Assembly (NCBI RefSeq): GCF_032191835.1
Contig: NC_083228.1
Location: 101,060,001 to 101,124,000 of the forward strand
Direction of reading: 5' to 3'
Length of the DNA stretch: 64,000 nt
DNA from: Heteronotia binoei
Taxonomy: Eukaryota
In this document: positions 1 through 12,300 of the stretch, in pieces
Numbering within the stretch: position 1 is the first letter of the stretch
Layout: each line of letters opens with the position of its first letter
Notes under the pieces: generated by a model
The model's database searches: none
What the model saw: the letters and a program-made list of their open reading frames with translations, nothing else
Told to the model about the DNA's origin: nothing
Program-made: the position numbers and the translations under genes

Positions 1-257
1 CAACATAAAAATGATTAACACTCCAGTAGTAGCATTAATTAATGATAAAAAGTCACCAAGACAAAACAAAATAAAATCAACAGCTGTTACCAGTACAAAC
101 ATCATCCATTTTCTGAAAGTCTCCTTTCCTAGAAGAAGCTAACTGGAGCAGTAGCCAAAGCATAACAGAACTATGGGATAACGGAATTCCTAGTAGGAAC
201 TCAGCAGTGTTACACCCTTCTATTACCACTCACTTCAATGGACTTAAAAAAAAAATC

Positions 258-468
258 CATTAACTTTATTTATATCCTGCCTTTCTCCCCAGTAGGCACC
301 CAAAGTGGCTTACATCATTCTCCTCTCCTCCATTTTATCCTCACAACAATCCTGTGAGGTAAGTTAGGCTGAGAAGGTGTGACTGGCCCAACGTCATCCA
401 AGCAAGCTTCCATGGCAGAGTAGGGGTTCAAACCTGGGTCCCCCAGATCCTAGTCCACACTGGCTGGG
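258..468 (-). mobile_element. tRNA-derived SINE with L2-type tail (Squam3-like)
   Basis: Reverse complement shows ggactaggatctggg...ccaggtttgaacccc head and gtgaggataaaatggaggagaggagaatgatgtaagcc body; same family recurs many times in the window. Confidence 0.8.
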
Positions 469-1326
469 TATAACTCTACTAATTGTAAGACAGCATATGG
501 AGACTCTCAGGTTATGTGCATGGCAGAGAGCATGGAAGTACTATCTTCATCAATCCATTTACCAGATTAATTTTTATGGGACAGTGATTCCTGGATGCCT
601 GAATATTTGCACCCATTTGTATAATAATCTCCCATTATGGTACTTGATGTCTGCTTACTACTTCTACTTACTGGAAAAGAACATCATAGGATTGGAACTG
701 AAATACAGTTCAGTGAGAAAATGTACTAAAGTGTACTAATGCACTGATTACTTCATTGACATCAGATGTGTATATGAGAAAGACTCATGTCTAGGGGTGT
801 GCATTTGTGTCTACCCAAAATGAAAATATACCTGGAAAACACTTCATTGGTATTACTGCTTTGCAAGAATATTGGTAGGACTTGCAACAGTGATTGAGAA
901 TACCATGTTTGGAAGCAAGTATCTAAAATGCTTGTCTTCTCTTACACCATTTTCATGAAAGAATGGTATAATGGTCTTAACTATTAAAAAAGGGTTGATT
1001 TTAAAAAGGCAGTTTTAAATTGTATTATACTGCTCCTAAGAGTGCTGTTTTACCTGACAGATAAATAGGTACACTGTTCTGCAATTTGGCTTTTGCCATT
1101 TGCCTTCCTCTGCACAGCAACCCAGGACTTCCTTGATGAGTTACTTCAAAATTACACTGACTTAAAATACTTTATGTGTAAGAGAGGAGACCAAAGCTAG
1201 AATATAACCATCATTTTCCTTGAAGTTGAGCATATCCATACTACAGACTTATAATATCCTTGAAACTAGTTTTATAAAAGGTCTACAGAACTTCAGCAAA
1301 GAATTCTGAAAGAAAAAAAAGCTGCA

Positions 1327-1332
1327 TTTATT
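1327..1332 (-). terminator. Candidate polyadenylation signal of COL4A4 (3' UTR about 1.8 kb)
   Basis: First minus-strand AATAAA I found after the stop codon, followed by a U-rich stretch; not validated. Confidence 0.45.
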
Positions 1333-3111
1333 GTAACCGCTGTTTTCCAAGCATCATCCTGTGAAGCCACACTTTCAGGTGTCATGCCTGCAATAACTGG
1401 AAACATCAGGAAAAAATTTTTATCGCTGGCATAGCCTCACTTCAATCATCCCAAGCTAAATTGCTATAGCAAATTAGATGGGAGAGGTTGCACTCCTTAA
1501 TTCTCACCTAAAAGACAATGCTCTGGAATAAGAACAGTTTGATAGCAACTCAATCTGTAGAGTAGTCAAGAAAACAGTGGGATTGCTGGAAAATTGTAAC
1601 AAGAACTTATCCAACCCATTATTGAGTCTTCTGTTTAGCAATGTTCTCTACAAAGATCTCTAGTGCAATGCATGGGTAGAAGGGAGGGACAAAGTACTGA
1701 AATGTATTTGAACCAAACTTAACAAAATGGGGAAATCTGGGCTGTGTAATAGCACAATCACTTATTACCAATAAAGTCCGATAAGTGGCAATCTTGAGGA
1801 ACAAGGCTATGGAAGGATATCATTTCTATTCTTGACCAACATTTTGTAGGCTTCAGTCATTAGCTGCCAGGTGAAATAGCCTCTGGTGTTCATGAGAAGT
1901 CCCCATACAACAGAGTTTGACCTTTGGTACTTAAACTTCTTGCTGCCTTTGTACAGGTTTTATAGTCAGCAAACCACCACTGGAATAGGTGGTGGGGATT
2001 TTTTGTCATGCTTCTTTAGCAATGGCTAACATTCCTAGTAATATACTGCTATACCCTTTTGGTCTCATGCAAAGTCTTGAATACTGTCTTGCCTGGTTAA
2101 TCACTTACACTTCAGTTGCTTGAATCATTACAGGTAATTGTTCTTTATAAACAGAGAAATCCTGTTTTCTCCGCCTTTGGATCTGCCTGCTGAACTTTGG
2201 GTTCCCTTTGTAATAATCTGTTTTTTATCCTTGCTCTGATGAAATACTGTTGTATTTAGGTTTCACTGGCAGATATGCTCCTATTTCCATAGATTCTTTC
2301 CCTGAGTGTTGTTACTCTTATGCATACGTCAAGCATTGATGTGATTAGTTTCTTTTAAGGAGATATTATAGATGTGTCAGTGACTTTATCTGTTGGTTTT
2401 GTACCACATACCTTAGCATTTAGGACATTATGTATACAAAAGTTTTCTTTTGGCTTCTTCATGGTTCTGATGTAATTGTTTACCAGCAGAACAAACTACA
2501 GATAATGGCTTTCTCCTAAAACAAGCTAACACACCACATGGGCATTCCAAAATGGACTCCTGAGCATGATCCTTCCAACAATGCTTGAAGCTGATAACAT
2601 GCTCATCTATCAGAGCTGTGATCGTATCTACTGAAAACATGTGAACAACAAAAATTTTAACTGAGTTTGTGACTGATGCCATCAAAACTCTGATAGTTTG
2701 CAGCTACAAGTTAAATGTTAATGGAGATGAAAAAATATGTATCACAATGCTTTTTTGGCTTTGCTGAATAAATAACTGAATAGTTGAGTAGAAGCGCCTC
2801 CCATCAAGTCAGCCATTGCAAGGTAACTTATGATGACAGATACAAACAGGATCATAAAATTGTTACATTTTCCAAAGGTTTTCAGTTAGTGCAAGTGTAA
2901 TCTCATAAGTATTTCTGCAGTGAAGGTGTATAGAAGACCTACAATTCCTACTATTTGAAAATGGATTAATCTTGCAGAGTAGATGTGGCTAAAGTCTGCT
3001 TGTGTTGCACCATAATCAAACAAACCCCCCAAATTAGCACATTTACAACTATAGTGCAACTTAACTGGTGTTTCCTCTTGGAGTTATTTTCTATAAACAT
3101 ACAGGTTTTCT

Positions 3112-3375
3112 TTATCCATGTTTCATGCAGACCTGGCATCTGCCTATATGTCTGCGTTGTTCTTGCCCATTTTTAAGTGTCCTTGAGAAAGGAGCTGATG
3201 CAAATTGCAACTCTGGATTTACAGTAATTAACCAGAAGCTGTATTCATTTGCAAAAAACTGACATGTTCCTCGCTGACCCTGGCACTCAATAAAGGGTGC
3301 TGATCTGAAATCTTCAAGGCAGCTTCCAGTTGACATCAGAGATTGTCCACCTCCTTGGTCACCAGATCCAGTGTG
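3112..3375 (-). CDS. COL4A4: Terminal coding exon, NC1 C-terminal part (264 nt including stop)
   Basis: ttccag|CAC ACT GGA; [11 protein letters not shown]...CMKHG*; phase 0. Confidence 0.96.
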   Translation of the reverse strand, partial: HTGSGDQGGGQSLMSTGSCLEDFRSAPFIECQGQRGTCQFFANEYSFWLITVNPELQFASAPFSRTLKNGQEQRRHIGRCQVCMKHG

Positions 3376-6300
3376 CTGGAAGAAACAGGCAAAAGAACTA
3401 TAAGGCATCAAAACTGTTACCTGATCCTATGCATGGTTATTCAGGAGTTAGTCTTCCTGTCAAGGCACAAGCTATAATTCATTACTTAGATGGTAATGAA
3501 CTCAGTGGTACTTCCTTATTGCCATACTTTAGCTAGGGCCGTAATTTATTAAATAATACATTTGAATATCTTTTATTGGATCAAGATGGATGAAAGCTTA
3601 TTTCAGTTATACAAATGGAAGGGTTGCTCCCAGAAGTCTATTCTTATATATTGTCTGTGGGAGAAACCCAGACATCATTAAGATAGTCCCTAGTTTTGCT
3701 ATAATTACTGAAAAAACCTTCACAGTATAAAATTGGTAAAAAAATATACTGGTGCTTAAAATTTTAGGCTGAGATTTTGTTATTACAATTCTGAATGGAT
3801 ATGTGTGAGAGAGGGAGTGAGAATTTATTTTGGTTTGTTATGATAACTCATGGGTTATTTCAAACATTCATTCATTCATACAGTTCCCACTAACTGTGTA
3901 ATGAGGCATAAGGGAATGAACCACAATTATTTTATTGAATGATAATCTGAAAAAAAAGTATAGTTTTTCAGTGATAAAATGCAGTTATCATGAAAGCAAT
4001 GTGTGGATTTTTACCAAGCCTCTGTAATGAACCAAGGCCAAAATAGTATTCATTCAGTCTTACCATCAAAAATGAATATCCTATCCAAAGACTTCTCCAG
4101 TTCAGCGGACATGGAGGAATGGATTGATCTTGACTATGAATGGCAACAGCTTGGGCAGGAGCTTCACATACAGCACATCTGCTAATGTAGGGCTGTATTT
4201 CTTCATCAGAGATGGGCATCATGGGTAAAGGAGCAGCACTTGACAACCAGTAAGATTTATCATTTCTGCTTGCATAGTAGCAGACCTGATTGATATTGCA
4301 ATAGGCAAAAGGCATGGTGCTGAATACAGAAAGACAAGATCCAGCCAAACCTAGAACAAAGGAAAACAAAAGCAAAGTTAAATGAAGATGAAGAATAGTT
4401 AAAGTCAGTCTTGTCCAACTCTGGACTATACTGCCCAGTAATGATTAACACTTAATTATTAATGGGAACTCACAGTGGCAGGTTTCCTCACAATGTATGT
4501 TGTTGCCACAAAAGCCTCGTTACATAGTAGGTAACTGCCATAGTAATGGAGTTCAATGTGCATGTAGTCTTCATCTATTAATTTTCAAGTTGGACTACTT
4601 CATAAACCAAAAGGATTGTTATCAGGATAATATGGAGGAGAGACGAATTATGTATGCCACCCTGAGTGTCTTGGAGGAAGGGAGGGATAAACATTTTACT
4701 AAATGAATAAATAAAAATTCACACCCATCTGATATTTACAGTTATGGGAAAATTTCATTTTTGACACGGGAGAGTAAAACTCACAATCTCACAGTCATTT
4801 CTTGAGGATCAAGAAATTACTACTGGAGGTAACAATCAGAAAATATACTGTTGCAGGTGGTAATTTTGCCTAGTTGAATATGGTGTAAAAACAGTAAGTT
4901 TATTGTTTATTTATTTTATTGTCTGCAAACAATCAGTTTTTCTTGGGTTGTGTGTGTGCTATATCTTTATGTACTCTTTGGCTGATTCCGCAGTCAGCTT
5001 TCTCCAGGGCAGGCTTCCGTTTCTGGGCAGAGCAAACTGGCAATTTCGTTCCAGTTGCTCTGTGCTGGCATTTTGTGCAGGGCAAACCCACGATTTGCCC
5101 TGCCACAGTGTAAACCTGAAAAAACAGGTTTACATTGTGGCGGGGCAAATCGCAGGTTTGCCCTGTGTAAAATGCCATCACGGAGCAACTGGTGTGAAAT
5201 CGCCAGTTTGCTCCGCCCAGAAACGGAAGCCTGCCCCAGAGAAAGGTGAGTGCAGAATGAGCCTGTGTGTAAAGTGCCATTAATTCACAGCAACTATCAT
5301 CACAGTTCATTACCTTCTGTCAACCCAGCAAGGCAAGAGAGAAGCAGAGGTGGTTTGCCATTCCCTTTCTCTGTAGGTGTCTTCCTTAAAAGAACCAACC
5401 CTGTTTTGAAATCTGATGAGATTAGGCTATATATTGCCTTCCTCCCATTTCTCATTGTACTCTGATACTTTCCTATAAATCTAATTATGAAATAATGGCA
5501 ACTGAAACAGGCCTTATTGATGTATTTTATATATTCCACTTGTATGAAAATACAGATGTGTTAAAATTCAAGCACTGACTCTGACGTGGCACAGTTCTGT
5601 ACCGTCTCATATATCTATTGTTAAGTTTGTTGGAAAAAATACAGTGTTTCACATGTGTGAAACCTTTACATGTTAGAGAGAACTATGAAATACAATAAAG
5701 TATGGGGAGAAATGTCATTTCTACCCAGATAAAAAGTTCACTGCTTACCAAGATCTTGATTATAGGCCTTCTCCTGTCCTTCAAGATACAGCAGACTGTA
5801 TCCAGTCCATAATTTTGCCATTCCCTCTGGACACAGTGGTTCTTGGTCTGATTGACTGTGCAGAACAAGTAAGAATCCACTAGCAGCTCTTGTTTCAGGC
5901 CCTGGTGGCCCTGGTATCCCAGTCTGGCCTGGAGGACCTTATGGAATGAAAATAAGATACATAACATCCCATTTTAAAGCAGGACATGTTTCTTTGATAA
6001 ATTAATACCTTTAGCTTCTCAGAGCAGATAAAAGGAAAGTTGTTAGGCTTCAGCGAAAGAATACTTGATCGTGTGTTGATCATTGTTAGTTTGAATGCAA
6101 GGCACTCCCTCAAACAAGTGAAAAAAGACCTTACATTATTTGACATACAGTTTTAGAGACACATGGTTTCATCTCAAGGCTGTAATAACTGGCGCAAAAA
6201 TTAAATGCAGTCGGCTGCAAAGTAGCACATCCTACCAAAGGGTGGTGAATGGTTGCAGAATGCTTACCTCGCAGCCCTGGGTATCCTTTTTCTCCCTTGT

Positions 6301-9300
6301 CCCCTTGATCACCAATGGGTCCAGGTGGCCCAGACAAGCCACTCTGACCTTGCAGACCTAGCAACCCTTCCTCTCCTTTTCTTCCTGAAATACAAAACAT
6401 TTATAATCAAAGATCACAATAATTAAACTCTGTACCTCAGCAACAGTTCACTGTGATGGTTCCCTTGTGTGAAGTGGCTCCCTTTATGTGGTTCTGCTGG
6501 GGAGTGGTCAGGAGGGGAAGGGCAAGACCATCCCTGTCAAACTGGTAGGAGAACCATCAGAAGGTCTGAGGCACTGTCTGGTTAGCAGTCCATGCTGATG
6601 TCAGCAACCTATGGTGGGAGCTACTAGCCAGACAAGAACCATGTGCTTGATTGGTATTGACCATGTCCCATTAGCTACTGCCCTCCACCATTGTGCTTTG
6701 CTTTTCCTGATTAATTACTCTACAGTGGCAACTCACCAGCAAATTGCCTCACCAGCCACTTCTACCATAACCACAAGGTTATATTATTACATCTCAAAGT
6801 ATACATTAAATAAATCAGAATTCTTCCCTGTGATATAATAATTTGATATATTTCTAGAAATAGTTGAAACTATTTTTCTTTCAAAAACAGACATTGAAAA
6901 TCAGTTCACATTCATTTGCTTCATTTGCCTGTTTATTTAAATTTAAAAACCTTATAATCTTAAAATGAGAAAACATAGTAGGAAGTATAGTTTTGCATTA
7001 AGTTCTAAAGAAAACCATCACCGGATTTTCTTAATTTTAGTAGATTTAACTGCAAGAACATGATAGGCACTGCAGTGTACATTAAAAACATAGTTAACCT
7101 CAAAAATCAAAACTGCCACCAAACTATTTTTTTTCAACCAATAGAATGCAGTAGATAGAATGTCACTCTAGGATCTGGGATACCCAGGTTCAAATCCCCA
7201 ATGGAAACCTGCTGGATGACTTGCACCAGTCATACATTCTCATCGTAACCCCCCTTGCAAGATTATTGTGAGTATATAATGGAGGAGGGAATGATATAAG
7301 TTGCTCTGGGGCCCCATTGGGAAGAAAGGTAGGGTATAAATGAAGTAAATAAGTAACATTCCAGGAAACAAATTCAAGGTTTTAAGCTAAATTTTCTTAT
7401 ACAAAATCAGCCAGTGAAATCATTACTTTTGCTAAAGTCCTACAATTGGTATGATCTCTTTGGTGAAAAGCGCAAAGGAAAATTGAATAAATGGTTAAAC
7501 TAAATGTGATAAGAAATGCAGGAACACTTAAGCACAAACAAGTCAATATGAAATTGTGTATGTTTCTGAGACTTTTGGACGCAAAAATATATACCATTGT
7601 AAGATTGGTCCCTTTTCCTCACCACACACCCTTCAGAGTCACAAAAGCTTTACCTTGAGGACCAGGGAAGCCTGGTGGTCCTGGAACTCCTATGGGACCT
7701 GGTGACCCTCTTTGGCCTAATACTCCGGGAGGCCCTGGAGTCTTGGGACATGAGGAATAATCAAGTTTTCCAGGTTCACCTAGGTCACCTGGAATATGCA
7801 ACAGCATTAAACAAGAGACAAGACAAGACAGCAAACAACTAACAATGTTAGGCACATAATTAGCAGAAATTCCACCTGATTTTGGATGGTTTTTCTACCC
7901 TTTATGTGACTACATAATTTTGACTTGCCATATATGTATGGGATGGGAAGCAGAATGCACAAGAAAATGTTACTAACACGTGGTACCCACTAGAAGCTGC
8001 TGGGACTACATGTGTTCTAATATCTTAAGAGTTCCCACTGCAACCCAGTGTTGGGAATAAACCCTTGTTTATATCTGCTGAGGACCACAGTTGGCATTAA
8101 CAGAGAGGTCTGAGCATACAGAAAAAGAAGCACACATGCAGAAATGTATTGTTTAAAAGGCACTCATCCTTCTCTATCTTACCTCTGCAACCTGGTGGGT
8201 TTGAATGCCGAGAACCAGACCATGACAGCCATTTCACATGCAGGATGAAAACAAGTATCATGCATACAGATTAGGAACAAGAATGCAATGGGAATTGTAA
8301 GAGCTTGCTGGTGGAATTGTTTTTCATCCTAATGTGATTGTTACAAAGCACATGATTATCCACCTCCAATAAGTGAATGACATGGAGAACTTCATTGCCT
8401 ACATAATCATCTAAATTTCCCAGTATAATTTTACATAGGTTTCAATGCATTTTAGTTTTTACTGCTCTTCCTCACTTTGTACTATGCTTATCAAGGCAGA
8501 GAGCTCAATTACATAATTACTGGTGTAAAAGCCATATAAATTCTTAGCCTGACGAACAGCTAAGCATGCCTTCGCTAGAAATTAGTATATCAGTTAAATG
8601 AAAAATAAGCAAATGTTAATACCAGAAACAAGCAATTCATAACTTGTTGCAGTTTTCTTCAGACTACTGTTCAGGTTTTTCATTGTCATACTACATCTGT
8701 TCCTAATGTCTTTATGAAGTATTTAATATCTAGCCAATAAAATATCCATGTGAGGTGTGGAAATATCAGATCAATATATGCTTGAAAATTTCAAATGGTT
8801 CAGAAACTGGCAGTGAGAATGATAACTAGTGTAGATACAGATATCCTGCAGCCAATCCTAAAATAACTTGAACGGCTTTCAATTCTTTGGGGTGCACAAT
8901 TCAAAATGATGATTCTTGACTTTAAAGTTCTGAATTGTCTGAGCAATGTCAGTCTCACTCCATCATCTGTTTGACTGACCTATCTCACAGGTTTGTTGTG
9001 AAGATAAAACAAGAAGGAATAACTATGTACGTTGTCTTGAATAACTTGGAGGAAGGGTGGGCTAAAAATGCCACAGACAGAGACAGACAACGGTTGACCC
9101 AGTTTTCAGAAGTGACCTGCCTCACCCATCTTGCATAGCATGTTCACATTAAGTGCCAGTTACATGTATGCAGATTTGTACAACTTTTTCATCTCTCATG
9201 ACAGCCTTATAAGGCTACTGTGAATATTATACAGTGATCTATATTTTGGGAATTGTAATATGAATACATGCACTCAGAAATGCTACTTTCATTCTACTGC

Positions 9301-12300
9301 TTATACCATCTATTGCCCTCCCCCACAATGGGCTATAAAACTACAATGAGCCAAAATATTTGTTTTTTTATCTGAAATATGTGCCTGCCCGCCTGTGTAT
9401 ATTTTTTGAGCTTTGTTTTATTTGTATATTATTGAGTCATTGCTGTATTTTAACTGTTTTATTATGACTGCAACCCGCCCTGAGCCAGTATGGGAAAGGG
9501 CGGAATATAAATCAACCAAATAAATAAAAATAAGTACAAGGTAGTGTCAAACTTATCAAGAAATACCTTTGGGACCCAGAGGTCCAGTTGATCCTCGAAA
9601 TCCTTGATCACCAAGTTCCCCTCGGGCACCCGGGAGCCCCTGTGGTCCTGGATTTCCCACTGGACCTTAACAAATTAGGATGAATTTGAATAAACACCAT
9701 AAACATGAACAATGTTTTGTTACTTGAATTTGCCATGTACTAAACTAGCAATCTCTAGCCGTACCTTTTGAACCCGGTCTCCCTTGCTTTCCTTGAACAC
9801 CTTTATTTCCTGGATTTCCAGGTAGACCAGGAACCCCAGGTAGGCCAGGGATCCCACAGTCACCTGGATCTCCTTTAACAAAAACAGTCTTTCCCTGCGG
9901 TCCAGTTTCTCCAGGAAGACCTGAAACAAAACTAGATACTATTAATAATAAATTTCCAAAATCTTATGAGATCTGAGAGAAAAAGGAATTTCCATAGGAA
10001 CCCAGATCCAACCACAGATGGTGCATGTAGAAACAGATTTATGAGCAAATATGTTCTGCTGGATTTCAAAACATACATACTAAAGTGCTGTATGTTTCTT
10101 TCAAACACTGGGTTGCATCTAGTGATCTAACAGTGAGCAGAGATTTTTCCTGCATTCCTCTCTCTGCAACAGTCTCATCCAATCCAAGGAAACTGCTGAG
10201 TCAGGACCTGCAATGATTAGTAGCCATGTGAGTTGGAGTCTACAATGTGGATGGGAAAAGAGACAACTTCACTCTAGATCTTTGATCCTTGAGGCCACAG
10301 ATTTCTGAATCTACTAGTTGGAGATGCATATGTAGTTGGACTAGGACCATTGGATTGGGAAGTAAAAGCAAACATATATTTGGTGCGATCAGTTTTGACA
10401 GTGCTAAGCAGAAGGGAAATCAGTACAGCCATTCTTCCCTCATCTTTGGTTTGCTGATTTCACTCATAGACTTCAGAAGTGCATCAAATTGTTCTAGAAC
10501 TCAACAGGCGAAAAGATTCTTCTGCAGAATCATTCACAAGGGGAAAACCTCCAAACATATTTTGATATGGCTCAAACAGGTAATGACAATCATAATCTGC
10601 CTTCTGACAAATTCTGGGGAAGGTGGTGTGCTTTTGTAAAGGTTTTTTTAGACACTATTAGATAGTAGTTGGTGGTGTAGGTTTTATACTGTTACAGAGG
10701 TGAAATTGTATTTCTGATGTTCATGGAATTACACATAATACAGAACTAGAATGTTAAAAATTAATGCAAATCTGCAGTAGAAGAGAAGTACATGATCAAT
10801 ATATACTTGCCTTGTCCTGACCCACATGGTTCAGGCTGACCTGACATTGGAAGCTAAGCAAGGTCACCTCTGCTGTATTTGGATGGGAGATCACCAAGGA
10901 AGGCCAGAGTAACTTCGCAGAGGCAGGCAATGGCAAACCACCTCTAAATGTCTCTTGCCTTGAAAACCCTATTTGGTCACCATGTCAGCTGCAGCTTGAT
11001 GGCACTCACACACACATGTGCTTTTCTTGGCTGAAGCCACCCCAAATAATGCTTCTTTGAATCATCATTATTAGGTAAGGTTTACAGTCTAACCTCTCAT
11101 GCAAAGCTAGAAAACAAGAATGTCAAGCTACTGAAAAGAATAAATTACCTATCAAAGGTTCTCCTCTTCCTAGTATCTTCAGTCACCCTAATCCGTCACA
11201 TATAGACTGTATGCAAGCTTGGGTCTTCTATAATGGACTTTTATTTTACTGCCTATGTGAATGCAAATGGCTGAAACTCCTGTATCTAGCACTCGTGAGT
11301 GCCATGAAAACTGAATCACTGACAGATAAGAGTATAACTAGACCAGACATTGGGGGCCCTGACCATGTCTTCCATCTGTTTAAATTTCTATTCATATTAA
11401 TTGTTTCTGTATGAAGTATGTGTGTGAGGAGAGAAAGCAGCATGGTATAGCCTGATCTTGTCAGATCTCAAAGACAAACAGGGTAGACACTTGAAAGTGA
11501 GACCACCAAGGAAGACTTTGCAAAGGAAAGCAAACTACCTCTGCTTTTCAGTAGTTTTGAAGCTTCTTGCTGGGGTTGCCACAAGTTGGCCACAATTTGG
11601 CAATACTTTATACACACACATGGGGAGTGTGTAAGGAAAAGACCGGAACTGTGGCATTTGGGAAGGGGGGGGGGTCGAACTCTTCCTTCCACACTGTTTT
11701 TCTGATGTTCCCTCTCTCCAAACTGGTATGTGCACTGACAGAAAATAATGTTTTCCCTTTGTTAAACTGCAGTCCAGTCCCAGTCCAATTACACCCCAAT
11801 TCCTTGTCCTGGTATATCAACAGACATGAGATCCAGGCATATCCTATTAATTTAGTCCTGAGCCTAAGTTAGTGATCTGTTTGATTAAATATTTTCATAG
11901 AAAATTAGTACCTCTGATGCCATCCAAACCAGCAGGGCCTTGATCACCTGGAGGCCCAGGTGGTGCATCTCCACATGGCTGTCCAATAGGTCCTGCAGGC
12001 CCAGGGACCCCTGGCTTGCCTGTAAGAAGCAAGTTGATCATTTTATATTTCAGAGTAGATATAAATATGTTTAATACTGTTTATGTTTAAGTCAATATGC
12101 CTGTCATTACCCAATGTTTTGTACATTCCAGGTTATGTTTCTGTGACAGTGCATTAGATTTTCATCACCTAAAATGCATTTCTTCCCTAGGCAGTGTGTG
12201 CACTGTGGCTGTTATGTGACATGTAGTTATGAGGGTATCAAGAACCTATTGGCTATAATTTCATTAGTGGCAAATGAAATACTTCACACCAACCCATGCC

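Noticed and set aside
1-3111. Short ORFs (497-739, 2428-2685) or the 3' end of a neighbouring gene
   Set aside because: No recognisable domains or convincing splice pairs; AT-rich UTR/intergenic composition.
3112-5937. Other collagen IV paralogs (COL4A1/2/3/5/6)
   Set aside because: NC1 motifs such as [20 protein letters not shown] and [11 protein letters not shown], and exon sizes 189/287/264, fit alpha-4 as I recall it.
7783-8191. Microexon-created RGD as a definite integrin switch
   Set aside because: RGD also occurs constitutively (GSRGDQ, GIRGDT) and is cryptic in native triple helix, so it is only a side note.
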